Shown here: positions 1 through 13,700 of the stretch, piece after piece
Layout of the letters: every line of letters begins with the position of its first letter
How positions within the stretch are numbered: position 1 is the stretch's first letter
Source: Macrostomum lignano
Taxonomy: Eukaryota
Assembly: GCA_002269645.1 (NCBI GenBank)
Contig: NIVC01000029.1
Location: forward strand, 744,001-808,000
Direction: 5' to 3'
DNA: 64,000 bases
Program-made: the position numbers and the translations under genes
Notes under the pieces: generated by a model
Seen by the model: only the letters and a program-made list of their open reading frames with translations
Databases searched by the model: none
What the model was told of the DNA's origin: nothing

Positions 1-168
1 AGTCTAGTATACTTTCTTATTTCTACAATAAGGCTAGGGTGCTGAGTTCAATAAGACAACAAATTAATTTTTAACCATGTCAATGTCATATTTTAGCTTT
101 TATTTAATGTTGGCAGTGCTTATCCCCATGGTACCATAGGCATAATTTCTGTCTTATTCCAATGGTAC

Positions 169-876
169 ATACATGCACAACCTCCAACTCCAAAATTCGG
201 TCAGCCATGCAACTTAGTTTTAACTAGGCCTAGAGGTCAGACAATCAGAAAATTTTGGTTGGGCGTAAAATTTTGTGAAATTTTTAAAGTCAGGCATGAT
301 CATATTGTGATTGTGAATTTATATTTGCATACATGTATTTTGAGCTTATAAGTTACAAGTGTTGAAAATAACAAAACAAGAAAAGAAATATTTATAAATT
401 GATAATAGCTAGGCCTACTCAGTAATGCTGTCAAGTCAACAAAATTAAAATTTATTGCTCTTTTACACATTTGTGTTCACATATTTTGGTAAACCAAGTA
501 GAAAAGTTGTATTTCTAATAAAAATATAATAAAGTGGAAATTCACGACTGTCGTGAACAGGTTTCAAGGAAATAACAATCGTGAAAAAAATGGATGTGAA
601 TTCACGAAATCGTGATCACGTCCAACCCCTAGTTTTAACAAAAAATGCAACAGTTTTTAGACAAAAATGCGACTTACATGTAAAAGAAACCCTAAAGCAA
701 AATTTATACAGCTTTAGGTAAATGGCAGGAATAATTATGACTGTCCTATTAAAGCAAAATGCCTCATTATCTACTAACTTACTAAGTACTACTTAGGTAT
801 TTATTTGGGTAGGCATTTTTGTAACTTACCTTGGTTGGCCAGATTGGCCGACTTGGCTGACTGTTGTACATGTATA
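169..876. mobile_element. Non-autonomous DNA-transposon-like insertion with 8-bp TSD
   Basis: aatggtac at 161-168 and 877-884; ends atacatgcacaac / gttgtacatgtat are a 12/13 inverted match; the homologous site near 3441-3473 has one copy of the target. Confidence 0.55.
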
Positions 877-1562
877 AATGGTACCGTGGGAATAATTTTC
901 TGCTTATCTATATAGAACACTAACGAGATAGCTGCTCTTATCTTATATATGCTATATGTAAATAGTTGATAGCTTATTAAAAGCAAATTTGAATTGACAA
1001 TAGGAAGCATTGATATATAAACTCAAATTAGTTCTAAATTATAAATACTTACTAAAGTAATTTACTTTAAATCATAACTCATAAGTCAAGGACAGATATA
1101 GAAAGGCAGCCAAGAAAGCCATGGCCCCCCTTCCCTTTTGCCACAACCAAAAAAATTTGGTCATACTTTTTTGGACTGCAACTATGCCAGGTCTATTTTT
1201 CAATATTGGGTTGTAGTGTTTGGTATAGTTTGGCCCTCTCCTCAAAAGTTTTCTGGATCCATGCCTGTCAACTAATGGATGGAAAAAGTGTTTTTTGCTT
1301 AAAAGGCCATTAAATTTTTACTTTTTTAAAACAAATGTTTAAGCAAAGCTATTTTGTTTTCGCCATGACTAGGGACACAGCAGCCATGCCTCTAACTCTA
1401 TGTCTAAGGACACGGCCGCCGTGTCCCTAGCTACCATGCTACTCTGTGCCTAGAGCCATGGTGGCCATGTCTTTAGCTATGTGGACTCGCGGCATGGCCA
1501 AGTGTCCTTAGCTCTATGTATGGGGACACGGCGGCCATGTTCCTAGTAATCTACCACTCACA

Positions 1563-2064
1563 CCACACTCCAGATCATGTAGTATACGCCCAAAAATTTG
1601 GGCATGCATTGGCCTTGCACGCCAAAATTAGGCGTGCACAGTTGGTGTGCATCACTCCTAAGAAGAGAGTATGCATGCACACCTGGCATGCACTTTATGG
1701 AATCACGCATAAGAGTAATTGTGAAGTAGATAAAAGGTAAATAAGTTCATTTTTAAGTCCAAATTTCAAGCTTTCCCGTTTTTTTTAGCTCGTAAAGAGC
1801 ATTTAAACAAATTTTTGCGTGTATTAACTTTTCACCTAAAAATAGTATTGCCGAAAAAGCATAAAAGCAACCAAATTATCTGGTAATAAGGGTCTATTAC
1901 ACAATTTAAAAGAATTACTTTATTGTCACAACATAAAAAAGGTCATTTATTGTTGCAACACCAGCATATTTTTGAGAATCGGCGTGCACTACATTTTTTC
2001 TGGTATGCATTTGTAATTATTCAATTTTTGTTTGGGTGTGCACCCAGCATGATCCAGACTATGG
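1563..2064. mobile_element. MITE-like insertion with 8-bp TSD (hAT-like TSD length)
   Basis: TSD cactcaca 1555-1562 / cactcata 2065-2072; imperfect 17-bp TIRs ccacactccagatcatg / catgatccagactatgg; empty site in the inverted arm near 3200-3225. Confidence 0.55.
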
Positions 2065-2401
2065 CACTCATATGCCTGGGGGCACGGCGGTTGTCTCTGA
2101 ACAATGGGCTTTAAATGCAAAATGATTCGATACATGTACGTAAGGTAGCTCGAACGTTGTCAGTAGTGTCCATAAAGATGGTCAAATATTGTGTCAATCC
2201 AATATACTAAAACTCCTTTTAAATTATACTACTATATCGCACAAGTATACTGTGTCGTGGAATATGCAAACTTGTTCATTTTTTATTTTATTTATTATTG
2301 CTTTTTTCGATGCATACATATCTCAAGCATTTTTGTTGAAATTGACTGTTTGCAGGAATATAATTTAAGAATTGAACTTCTTACCTACCATGCCTAGAGT
2401 A

Positions 2402-2763
2402 TTTTTTTATTAGAGGCAGGGGGTTGTGTGCACCCTGGTGCACTTTAAGCGACATGGGCACACAACCGGCAAAAGGCATTGCTGCCCATTCCGCCAACTC
2501 CCCTGAGCAAGCATACAAGCGCAGGGATATGTACGCAGGCATACACTCACACAGGAGTGTACAGCAGCCCTAACTTTATTTTATTGTTAGGCATGTACAC
2601 TTCACTGCGCCTTGGGGGGTTGGCTCTCAGGGCTGTTAATTGCACGAGTAGAGCCAAGCCAAGATTCCAATTCAGCCCCAAATTAATGTGACTGCACTTG
2701 GAATCAAGCCTGGGTTGCTGGCACATCAAAGCAGCTGCGCTACCGCTAGGCTACGGCCCCCCT
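2402..2763 (-). mobile_element. tRNA-derived SINE, family B, copy 1
   Basis: Minus strand starts GGGGCCGTAGCCTAGCGGTAGCG...CAGGCTTGATTCC (A/B-box-like) and ends ctaataaaaaaa; exact 12-bp TSD atgcctagagta at 2390-2401 and 2764-2775. Confidence 0.75.
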
Positions 2764-4646
2764 ATGCCTAGAGTACCTTACAAAAATACATGTAGCGCCA
2801 TGCAATTACTTTATATACATGTATGTTAGCGCATCCAACATAGAATGGGGTGGTTAGTGGATGCATGTATAGCATGATAATATTAGTATATATACAGTAG
2901 ATAATCAATTTGTCCAGTAGAGAGGATTGAAGAGAGAAACGGGTGCACACTGCACATACAGAATAGAGCAAGGCAAGCATACAAACTGCAGGTAAACACT
3001 CCTGATATTCATAATTAAAAACAATTATTTAGAAAGCAGCGAAAAATCGAACAAATTTCCAGAATCAGAATTCTGGAGTAAACTTTGTGAAAAGCCTTGT
3101 AGACTGTAAAAACATTTATATTAACTGAGAAACGAAAAAATTTAATCAAGCAATGTGTGTCAAAGCCCATTGTTCATAGACAACTGCTGTGTGGCTGTGC
3201 CCCCAGTCATGTGAGTGGTAGATTACTAGGAACACGGCCGCCATGTCCCCATACACAGAGCTAGGGACACGGCGGCCGTGACCTTAGACATAGAGTTAGA
3301 GGCACGGCCGCCATGTCCCTAGTCATGGCGTTTTGTTTTACTGCACTCCAACCATAAATAACAAACTAAATTATTCTGAGGCATATATGTAAAAGAGCAG
3401 CTATCTCGTCAGTGTGCCTTGTAGATAAGCAGAAAATTATTCCCATGGTACTATTAGAATAAGATAGAAATTGTTCTTTTTTAATATACTAAATAGCCAT
3501 AGCCCATAGCCATAGTCAGGATCATGGCCAAAAAAAAATTAATGTTATTTTTTTAAATTTTATTATCATGTAAAATTAAAAAAATTATCCTGAGCCCATA
3601 GTTGTCTTTATGCCAACTTTTTTGAAGAATATATATTATTAGAAATCAGACTTATTAAACTTTAAAATGGCTATTTTTTGCTAAAACTGTTATTATTTGT
3701 TTTAATTTAGTTTTTATTGTAAATTGCATTGATATTTTTTATTTTAATTTAATTGCTGATTATTTTTAAAAAAGCTTTTGTTGGTTATTATTTAACTGCA
3801 AACATATATGCCCAACCTAAAAATTTCACCCATCTGGTACAACTTAGTTTTGTCCAGATTTGCAACTTACCTATGCACCACCACACTGAAAGACCAGGGG
3901 GGGGGGTAACATGCCTTGTGCATGTTTGTGCTTATTAAAAAATGGAAGTACCTCATTTCTCTTCCCTTTCTCCTGCCTTCACTCTTTACTGATCAATTTA
4001 TCATTCACTTATTCACTTATGCAGCATGGCAGACTGCAGTACTAAACTGCACTGTACCCTGTACCCTGTAGACTACACTCTTTACATACTATACTGTATA
4101 TGTCTAGCAAACTAGCTTGTATATGTACACTGCTGCATTCATATATATATAGGTATACATTCTTTGAGTCATTATATACTTTACTTAAAGACTCAAAGAC
4201 TTTACTTAAAGACCAGTTGATAGAATATAGTAGTGTCATATTTTGCTTACTTTTACCACTTTTTGTTTTCGTATTTGAGGGTACAGCTTTAGAAAACTAT
4301 TTTTAGAACTCCAAAGCTTATATCCAAGCCATAGAAAAAATGCCACATTTGAAATTACTTTTGTCACATTCACGCTTGAAAATGTATATTTATCATAACA
4401 CCTTCAAGAGTGTACTAGCACCACATTAGGGAAGCAGCTTTTTCAGGTTTGGTTTGTGGTTCCTAATGTACAGGGTTTTTTTGAAGTGGCAGTCAGTATT
4501 GCATTTATGAATGATCTTAAACCTTACACTTGGTTAACTATTGGCAATGGCCAGTGTACTCCAACTTGGTCACCATAAATGCCAACTTTTAAACTAGTGA
4601 TTAAATAATTTAAGATTTATCTTCCAATATTAAACCCATTGTTTAG

Positions 4647-7600
4647 TTTACAATTCGCCAAGTCTAATCAAGACTATTACGGCGGCCGCAGTCAATCTCG
4701 TGGCGAAGTTAGCCAGCTATTCGACTCGCACAAGTCTAACATTGAGCGCCTATTGTCGCTAAGTGCCAGTCAAAATGACAATTCTAAACTGGACATTGGT
4801 TCAGACAAGAAGCACTGCGCTCTGTCCTTGCCAATTGAAACATTTATGGAACCGCCGGTTGATATACGTAGGCAGCAGTTTCTACTTGTGAGTAGTTTGT
4901 TTAGAATATGCTCATTTGAAATAGTATGATGTTGCTATAAAATAACAAAAAAACTATTTGTTTCTTTCGTCAGAGTGTTCGAAAGCACGATTTATTGGTC
5001 TGTCGGATCGTATCCAAGGATCAATATTCAACGCTGAACTTGCTTGTTTTGGCTTGCGACGACTCTTGTGAATTAAAGCGCGACTTGACCGATTTAAATG
5101 TTAAAGTAAGTGTCTATTTAATAGCCTGTAATTATGTATTCAACTGCTCCTAAGAATTACCTTTCAATCGCTGTAAAAGTTACTATGAGATTCGTCCCGT
5201 GAATCGTTTTAAGAATCGCTATCAAAACAGAATTGCCATCACACCACCCTGAGAACCGTCATCAATCCACCCCGAGAACCGTCGTCAATCCACCCCGAGA
5301 ACCGTCGTCAATCCACCCTGAGAACCGTCGTCAATCTACCCTGATAACCTTCGTCAATCCACTCTGAGAACCTTCGTCAATCCACCCTGAGAACCTTCGT
5401 CAATCCACCCTGAGAACCTTCGTCAATCCACCCCAAGAATCGCCATCAATCCACCCCAAGAATCGCCATCAATCCACCCCAAGAATCGCCATCAAACCAC
5501 CTCAAGAATCGCCATCAAACCACCCCAAGGATTGCCATCAATCCACTCTGAAAGTCGCCATCAATCCACTCTGAGAATCGCCATCAAACCACCTCAAGAA
5601 TCGCCATCAAACCACCTCAAGAATCGGCATCAAACCACCTCAAGAATCGCCATCAAACCACGCTAAGAAACGCATCAATCCACCCTAAAAAAACGCAATC
5701 AATCCACCCCAAGAATCGCAATCAATCCACCCCAAGAATCGCCATCAATCCTCTCTGAGAATCGCCACCAATCTACTCTAAGAATCGCATCAATCCACTC
5801 TGAGAATCGCCATCAAACCACCTCAAGAATCGCCATCAAACCACCTCAAGAATCGCCATCAAACCACCTCAAGAATCGCCATCAAACCACCTCAAGAATC
5901 GCCATCAAACCACCTCAAGAATCGCCATCAAACCACCTCAAGAATCGCCATCAAACCACGCTAAGAAACGCATCAATCCACCCTGAAAATCGCAATCAAT
6001 CCACCCCAAGAATCGCAATCAATCCACCCCAAGAATCGCCATCAATCCTCTCTGAGAATCGCCACCAATCTACTCTAAGAATCGCATCAATCCACCCTGA
6101 AAATCGCCATCAATCCACCCCAAGAATCGCCATCAAACCACCCAAAGAATCGCCATCAAACCACCCCAAGAATCGCCATCAATCTAGCCTAAGAATCGCC
6201 CCAGTTGCATTTCAAAGAGCACATATACTAACCTATATACTCCAACAGTAACCCTTGTTAGTGATATTATGTATTGCTAATGTTAGTGAATTTTTCCTAC
6301 TTAGGCTGTGTGCCTCTTCATGAACGCGCCCCGTCAGCTTAGTCAAGAGGCTCGTATTGGCGACCTAGTTCGTTGCATGGTGCTGGATTGCCAAGAAGGC
6401 CAGCCAGTGAATTTGTCTCTGCTGCAACAGGATTTGCCTGAGTCGGTTAAGCGGATTAAACTGGTGCGATCTACTCAATAATATATTCTTAAACGCAACC
6501 ATTGTCAATTTACGGTTTTCAACTTTTCGACGCTATTAGATGTCTGGGCTTACCAAACCCACCATGAGAATCGCCCTAAACCCACCATGAGAATCACCGC
6601 TAAACCCACCATGAGAATCGCCGCTAAACCCACGATGAGAATCGCCGCTAAACCCACCATGAGAATCGCCCCTAAACCCACCATAAGAATCGCCGCTAAA
6701 CCCACCATGAGAATCGTCCCTAAACCCACCATGAAAATCGCCGCTGAACCCACCATGAGAATCGCCCTAAACCCACCATGAGAATCGCCGCTAAACTCAC
6801 CATGAGAATCGCCGCTAAACCCACCATGAGAATCGGCCCTAAACCCACCATGAGAATCGCCCCTAAACCCACCATGAAAATCGCCGCTGAACCCACCATG
6901 AGAATCGCCCTAAACCCACCATGAGAATCGCCGCTAAACCCACCATGAGAATCGCCGCTAAACCCACCATGAGAATCGCCCTAAACCCACCATGAGAATC
7001 GCCGCTAAACCCACCATGAGAATCGCCCCTAAACCCACCATGAAAATCGCCGCTGAAACCACCATGAGAATCGCCCTAAACCCACCATGAGAATCGCCGC
7101 TAAACCCACCATGAGAATCGCCGCTAAACCCACCATGAGAATCGGCCCTAAACCCACCATGAGAATCGCCCCTAAACCCACCATGAAAATCGCCGCTGAA
7201 ACCACCATGAGAATCGCCGCTAAACCCACCATGAGAATCGCCGCTAAACCCACCATGAGAATCGGCCCTAAACCCACCATGAGAATCGCGCTAAACCCAC
7301 CATGAGAATCGCCGCTAAACCCACCATGAGAATCGCCCTAAACCCACCATGAGAATCGCCGCTGAAACCACCATGAGAATCGCCGCTGAAACCACCATGA
7401 GAATCGCCGCTGAAACCACCATGAGAATCGCCCCTAAACTAGCTGACGCTGAACAACAGAAAGTCTGTCTTGAACATATACACAATTAAATAATTAATTA
7501 TAATCTTTCAGGGCTTCATATCGTCAAACGAGATGCCCAGGCTGTATCATTTGCTTGCGAAACGAGAATCGCCAGTCTCATTTCATGGCTTCTTAGTGAA

Positions 7601-10600
7601 CCAGACTGAGTTTAAAAATCCGGGCGCCACAACAACGCTTTGCAAGAGGTTGGGCATTGATGAGAAGCCGCTGACTAGCTTGCTGCACTGCGTTAATAAG
7701 TGAGAGCGCCTACATGTAATGAGACTCGCGCCTTGCTTTGTCAACTTAAGAAGGTGTCTGTCATTATCAGCTGCTGAGGGCTAGTCTCCCAGAGCCAGAA
7801 CCTCATCTTCTGGAGGCCAGCCTCACCAGATCCTCATCTTCTGGAGGCCAGCCTCCCTGATCCTCATCTTCTGGGAGCCAGACTTACCAGATCTTCTGGG
7901 GGCCAGCCTCCCAGAGTGTCAGTTGCTGGGCGAGCCTCCCAGAGTGTCAGTTGCTGGGCCAGCATCCCTGATCCTCATCTTCTGGGGCCAGCCTCCCAGA
8001 GTGTCAGTTGCTAGGCGAGCCTCCCAGAGTGTCAGTTGCTGGGCCAGCATCCCAGAGTGTCAGTTGCTGGGCCAGCCTCCCAGAGTGTCAGTTGCTGGGC
8101 CAGCCTCCCAGATCCTCAGTTTCTGGGCCAGACTCCCAGAGTGTCAGTTTCTGGGCCAGCCTCCCAGATCCTCAGTTGCTGGGCCAGCTTCCCAGATCCT
8201 CAGTTGCTGGGCCAGCTTCCCAGAGTGTCAGTTTCTGGGCCAGCCTCCCAGAGTGTCAGTTTCTGGGCCAGACTCCCAGAGTGTCAGTTTCTGAGCCAGC
8301 CTCCCAGAGTGGCAGTTGCTGGGACAGCCTCCCAGAGTGTCAGTTTCTGGGCCAGCCTCCTAGAGTGTCAGTTTCTGGGCCAGCCTCCCAGATCCTCAGT
8401 TGCTGGACCAGCCTCCCAGATCCTCAGTTGCTGGGCCAGCTTCCCAGATCCTCAGTTGCTGGGCCAGCTTCCCAGAGTGTCAGTTTCTGGGCCAGCCTCC
8501 CAGTGTCAGTTTCTGGGCCAGCCTCCCAGAGTGTCAGTTTCTGGGCCAGCCTCCCAGAGTGTCAGTTTCTGGGCCAGCCTCCCAGAGTGGCAGTTGCTGG
8601 GCCAGCTTCCCAGAGTGTCAGTTTCTGGGCCAGACTCCCAGAGTGTCAGTTTCTGAGCCAGACTCCCAGAGTGTCAGTTTCTGAGCCAGACTCCCAGAGT
8701 GGCAGTTGCTGGGCCAGCCTCCCAGAGTGTCAGTTTCTGGGCCAGACTCCCAGATCCTCAGTTTCTGAGCCAGCCTCCCAGAGTGTCAGTTTCTGAGCCA
8801 GACTCCCAGAGTGTCAGTTTCTGGGCCAGCCTCCCAGAGTGTCAGTTTCTGAGCCAGACTCCCAGAGTGTCAGTTGCTGGGCCAGCCTCCCAGAGTGTCA
8901 GTTTCTGGGCCAGACTCCCAGAGTGTCAATTTCTGAGCCAGCCTCCCAGAGTGGCAGTTGCTGGGCCAGACTCCCAGAGTGTCAGTTTCTGGGCCAGCCT
9001 CCCAGATCCTCAGTTGCTGGGCCAGCCTCCCAGATCCTCAGTTGCTGGGCCAGCCTCCCAGTGTGTCAGTTGCTGGGCCAGCCTCCCAGATCCTCAGTTG
9101 CTGGGCCAGCCTCCCAGAGTGTCAGTTGCTGGGCCAGCTTCCCAGATCCCCAGCTGCTGGCTGGGCCAGCCTTTCAGATCTTCATGATTCAAATCCAAAT
9201 CCAAGCCGAATCCAACCCCCGCAGCATGAAGGTTGATCCGGCGCACACTGCTAAAGAATTACGCGATGCCCAGAACAGGCGGTTGGCTTTGCGCGCTGTA
9301 GCCAAAGGTGTCGAGCATTTCCGAGCCGGCAATCAAACTCTGGCTAGCCAGTGCTACGAAAGCGCATTGGCTATTGATCCTAGCAACGTTGAAGCTCTGG
9401 TTGCTAGAGGAGCATTGTAATTATAATTAATATCTGTTTTATATAAAATTATGATCGTCCGTCATAATAAATGCTCATTACTGTTTTTATGCAGATTTGC
9501 TACTAACGGTTCGAGCGAGAAAGCCGTGGCCGATTTTGAAGCCGCCTTGGCGACAAAACCCTCGCACAAAAATGCGAGAATTTATCTGGCTAAAACTTTA
9601 TTTTCTTTAGCTGAAGTGTAAGTGAAATTTTCTTTGTTTTATAAATTTTAAGTATAAGTAGTATGTCGTCGGCTTGAATTCCTAATTTGATTTAGTATCC
9701 ATGGCTAAATGTTTATAGTCTATGTTCAGACTAAACTTGTCCATTAGTCATTGGTCTATGGTCTGAATCTAGTTGTCATGATTAGTTATCCATTAGTATT
9801 TAGTCTGGTCAGTCCATAGACAATTGTCATGTCTGCATGTTTATAGTCTATGGGTGGACTCTGATTGCCATGGCTACTTGTCTATAGTCTATGGTCGACG
9901 CTAATTGTCATGGCTACTTGTCTATAGTCTATGGGTAGACTCTAATTGTCATGACTACATGTCTATAGTCTGTGGTAAACTCTAATTGTCATGGTTACTT
10001 GTCTATAGTCAGGGTAGACTCTAATTGCCATTGCTACATGTATATAGTTTTTAATAAGCCTATTCAAATTGCATTAAACAGTCATGCTCAGAAAGGCAAC
10101 ACAAAATCGGCAATGCTATGCTGCATCCGAGCACTTCATCTGGATCCTAAACTTCAACAAGCCAGTCAGTTTCTAAAAGACGCTCGTGCTGTAAGTTAAA
10201 TTCAACTGTTAATGCTTCTACAATATTTTTTCTTACAAAACTTTGAATATTTACACATATTATTTTAGACTAACTTTACCGAAGCTGAAATGCTTCAACT
10301 CTACTATCGTTCTCTAGTAGAAGCTAATGGCGACGAAGCTGTCTTATCTGAACGCTTGTTGGCCGTTTATAAAGAATTTTCCGATTCGGCTGCTGAGGCT
10401 GAGTCTACCGATGCTGCTGCGACTGCTGCTGCGTCTGAGTCGGCTGGGCCTCATGCAGCCACTGTTAGCGAAAGGTAATAAAATGAAAAGTGGGACAGGC
10501 AGAAAGACACTAAAACATTCGGACAGGCTGATATAACAGACAGATACAGAGATAGACTGACTGATACAAGCAGACGAAGTGATAGACAGATACTAAGACA

Positions 10601-10697
10601 GACCCTAAGGCAGACAGACAGACACAGATTGACAGACGGAGAGATAGCCAGACAGAGAGACAACCAGACAGAGAGACAACCAGACAGAGAGACAACC

Positions 10698-10734
<37 letters not shown>

Positions 10735-13700
10735 CAGACAGACAGACACACAGACAGACACACAGACAGACTTACTAAGACAGATAGACAGACATTAACA
10801 CAGACAGACAGAGATAGACAGGTACTAAGACAGACAGTGATAGACAGACACTAAAACAGACGGACAGACAGATAGACGAATATGATTGACAAGTACATGT
10901 AGATGGACGCTGACTCTGATACGCTAAAACGCTTTCCTTTTCCAGTTCCAGTCGGCGTCAAAGTCACCCCGCCACCGCCGCTGATCCTGATGACAGTCAG
11001 CATGAAAGAATCGACGTCGAACGCAAACGTAACGTGTCGCACCGATCCGACAGCCAGCATCGTCGTCGACAGGAGCGCAAACGACGCTCGTCGAGCTTGT
11101 CGCCTCCGCCGTCGCACCAGCAGCAGTCAGGGTCTTTGCTTCTAGCTCCGCCTTGTCCTCCCGTGGCCACTCAGTTATCATCGTCTTCTTCGTCATCAAT
11201 TACTCGACGATTCGATCAACCAACACAATCGTCGACGCTGCCTCACGCGCTTCGACGGCCGTCGGATGAATTCACAGCTGCTGCTAGTAGCAGGAAAAAC
11301 AAAGAGCGCGGATTTGCCGCCTTAGAGCGAGCCTATGAGCGAAAGCGATCAAACAAAGATAGTAGAAGCCCATCTGGGTCTTCAACTTCCCGTTCATCGT
11401 CTAGTAGTTCGGATAAGAATCGTCGCAGACGCAGTCGTAAACGCGATCTTAAAGATGAACAGAAATCGCACAGCAAGAAGATCAAACAGCGTCAGGTTAG
11501 CCGAGATAGATTTGATCGATATTCAGGGCAAAGTCCTAAGTTTGACGACACGGAAAGTCGTCACTTTCGCAAAGAGCCTACTCGTTCGAGTCGGTATGAT
11601 CAAGATCGTTCCGGCAGAGAAGAATATAACAGACCATCGAGTCCTTATGACAGAGAAAGTCGCGAACAATTCGACAGACCCTTGAGTCCTCGTGACAGAG
11701 AAAGTCGTGAACGATTCGACAGACCTTTGAGTCCTCGTGACAGAGAAAGTCGTGAACGATTCGACAGACCTTTGAGTCCTCGTGACAGAGAAAGTCGCGA
11801 TCGATTCAACAGACCCTTGAGTCCTCGTGACAGAGAAAGTCGCGATCGATTCGACAGACCCTTGAGTCCTCGTGACAGAGAAAGTCGCGATCGATTCGAC
11901 AGACCCTTGAGTCCTCGTGACAGAGAAAGTCGTGAACGATTCGACAGACCTTTGAGTCCTCGTGGCAGAGAAAGTTGCGAACGATTCGACAGACGACAAA
12001 GTCCCCAAGACAGGGTTAGTGAACGCACTGACAGACGTCAGAGTCCTCAGGACAGGGAAAACCTTAAACGATTCGACAGGCATCAAAGTCATCTAGAAAG
12101 AAGCCGTGAGCGACATAGTTCTAAGGACAGAGTAACTCAAGAACGTTTTCACGAGAGTTACGAGAGTTCCCAAGAAAAAAGTCGCAAGCACTTTGACAAG
12201 CGATCAAGTCCTCGAACTCGGGGCAAGGAAAGCTTCGACAGGCCAAAGAGTCCTCCAGACAGTGGTCGTGAGCACTTTGATAGACGATCGAGTTCGCTCG
12301 ACCGAGAAGCTCGCTTTGACAGACGTCAGAGTTCCCAGGACGGGGAAGGTCGTAGGCAACCTCGCTTAAGCAGAGATTCCACTATCCATTCAGATCGAGA
12401 TCGGTTTACCACAGAATCAAGACGCAGTCAGAGAGATGACGATCGCAAGGACAGGCGGAAAGATACTGAAAGATACGAGTATCGGGATAGTGGCAGTAGT
12501 CGACACGCTCAACACTATATTCCGGGTCCCGACACAGTCGAAGAAGCTGATATGGACATATCGCCTGGAGGTTCGCCGCCTCCAGGATCCTCTATGGATA
12601 CCATGGCAGGACACCAGCCAACTGTGTTAAGCCACCCAGAGAGTGCAACTTCACGATTTTCCATGAACATACGTTCAAGACTTGGACCAGCTAACAGTCA
12701 GCCGCAGTCTGGCAGTTCGCCAGCGCCAGAGGACGAAGTGCGTCGAGTTGTGCTGCTCAAACCCGCTGACAAATTACCAGAGTCCACGACGACTGTACGA
12801 AAAGAAGCCAGAGATGAGGCAGCCGGTATTGGTGGCGATTTTATGGAGTTTGAGAGTGAGTTTCAACTGCTGTATTTTCGAACACTTTAGGATTGTTGGC
12901 TAGTTTATTGGCTTTTTTACTGGCTTCCTATTGGCTGGTGTGTTGGCTTCCTATTGACTAGTTTATTGGCTTCCTAATAACTAGTTTATTGGCTTCCTAT
13001 TGACTAGTTTATTGGCTTCCTAATAACTAGTTTATTGGCTTCCTATTGACTAGTTTATTGGCTTCCTAATAACTAGTTTATTGGCTTCCTATTGACTAGT
13101 TTATTGGCTTCCTAATAACTAGTTTATTGGCTTCCTATTGACTAGTTTATTGGCTTCCTAATAACTAGTTTATTGGCTTCCTATTGACTAGTTTATTGGC
13201 TTCCTAATAACTAGTTTATTGGCTTCCTAATAACTAGTTTATTGGCTTCCTATTGACTAGTTTATTGGCTTCCTAATAACTAGTTTATTGGCTTCCTATT
13301 GACTAGTTTATTGGCTTCCTAATAACTAGTTTATTGGCTTCCTAATAACTAGTTTATTGGCTTCCTATTGACTAGTTTATTGGCTTCCTAATAACTAGTT
13401 TATTGGCTTCCTAATAACTAGTTTATTGGCTTCCTATTGACTAGTTTATTGGCTTCCTAATAACTAGTTTATTGGCTTCCTATTGGCTAGTTTATTGGCT
13501 TCCTATTGGCTAGTTTATTGGCTTCCAATTGGCTAGTTTATTGGCTTCCTATTGGCCAGTTTATTGGCTTCCTATTGGCTAGTTTATTGGCTTCCTATTG
13601 GCCAGTTTATTGGCTTTCTATTGGCTAATGTATTGGCTTCCTATTGGCTATTTTATTGGCTTCCTAATGACTAGTTTATTGGCTTCCTATTGGCTAGTTT

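Noticed and set aside
7785-9172. CRISPR-like appearance of 28-bp hairpin repeats
   Set aside because: Units are head-to-tail with no unique spacers, there are no cas genes, and the context is a eukaryotic intron.
7923-9187. Overlapping GQPPRVSV-type ORFs (also 30438-31812)
   Set aside because: 28-bp satellite read in shifting frames inside introns.
10903-10945. AG-ATG at 10901-10905 as acceptor or start
   Set aside because: Splicing there gives an in-frame TAA; the acceptor at 10945 has a good pyrimidine tract and the right phase.
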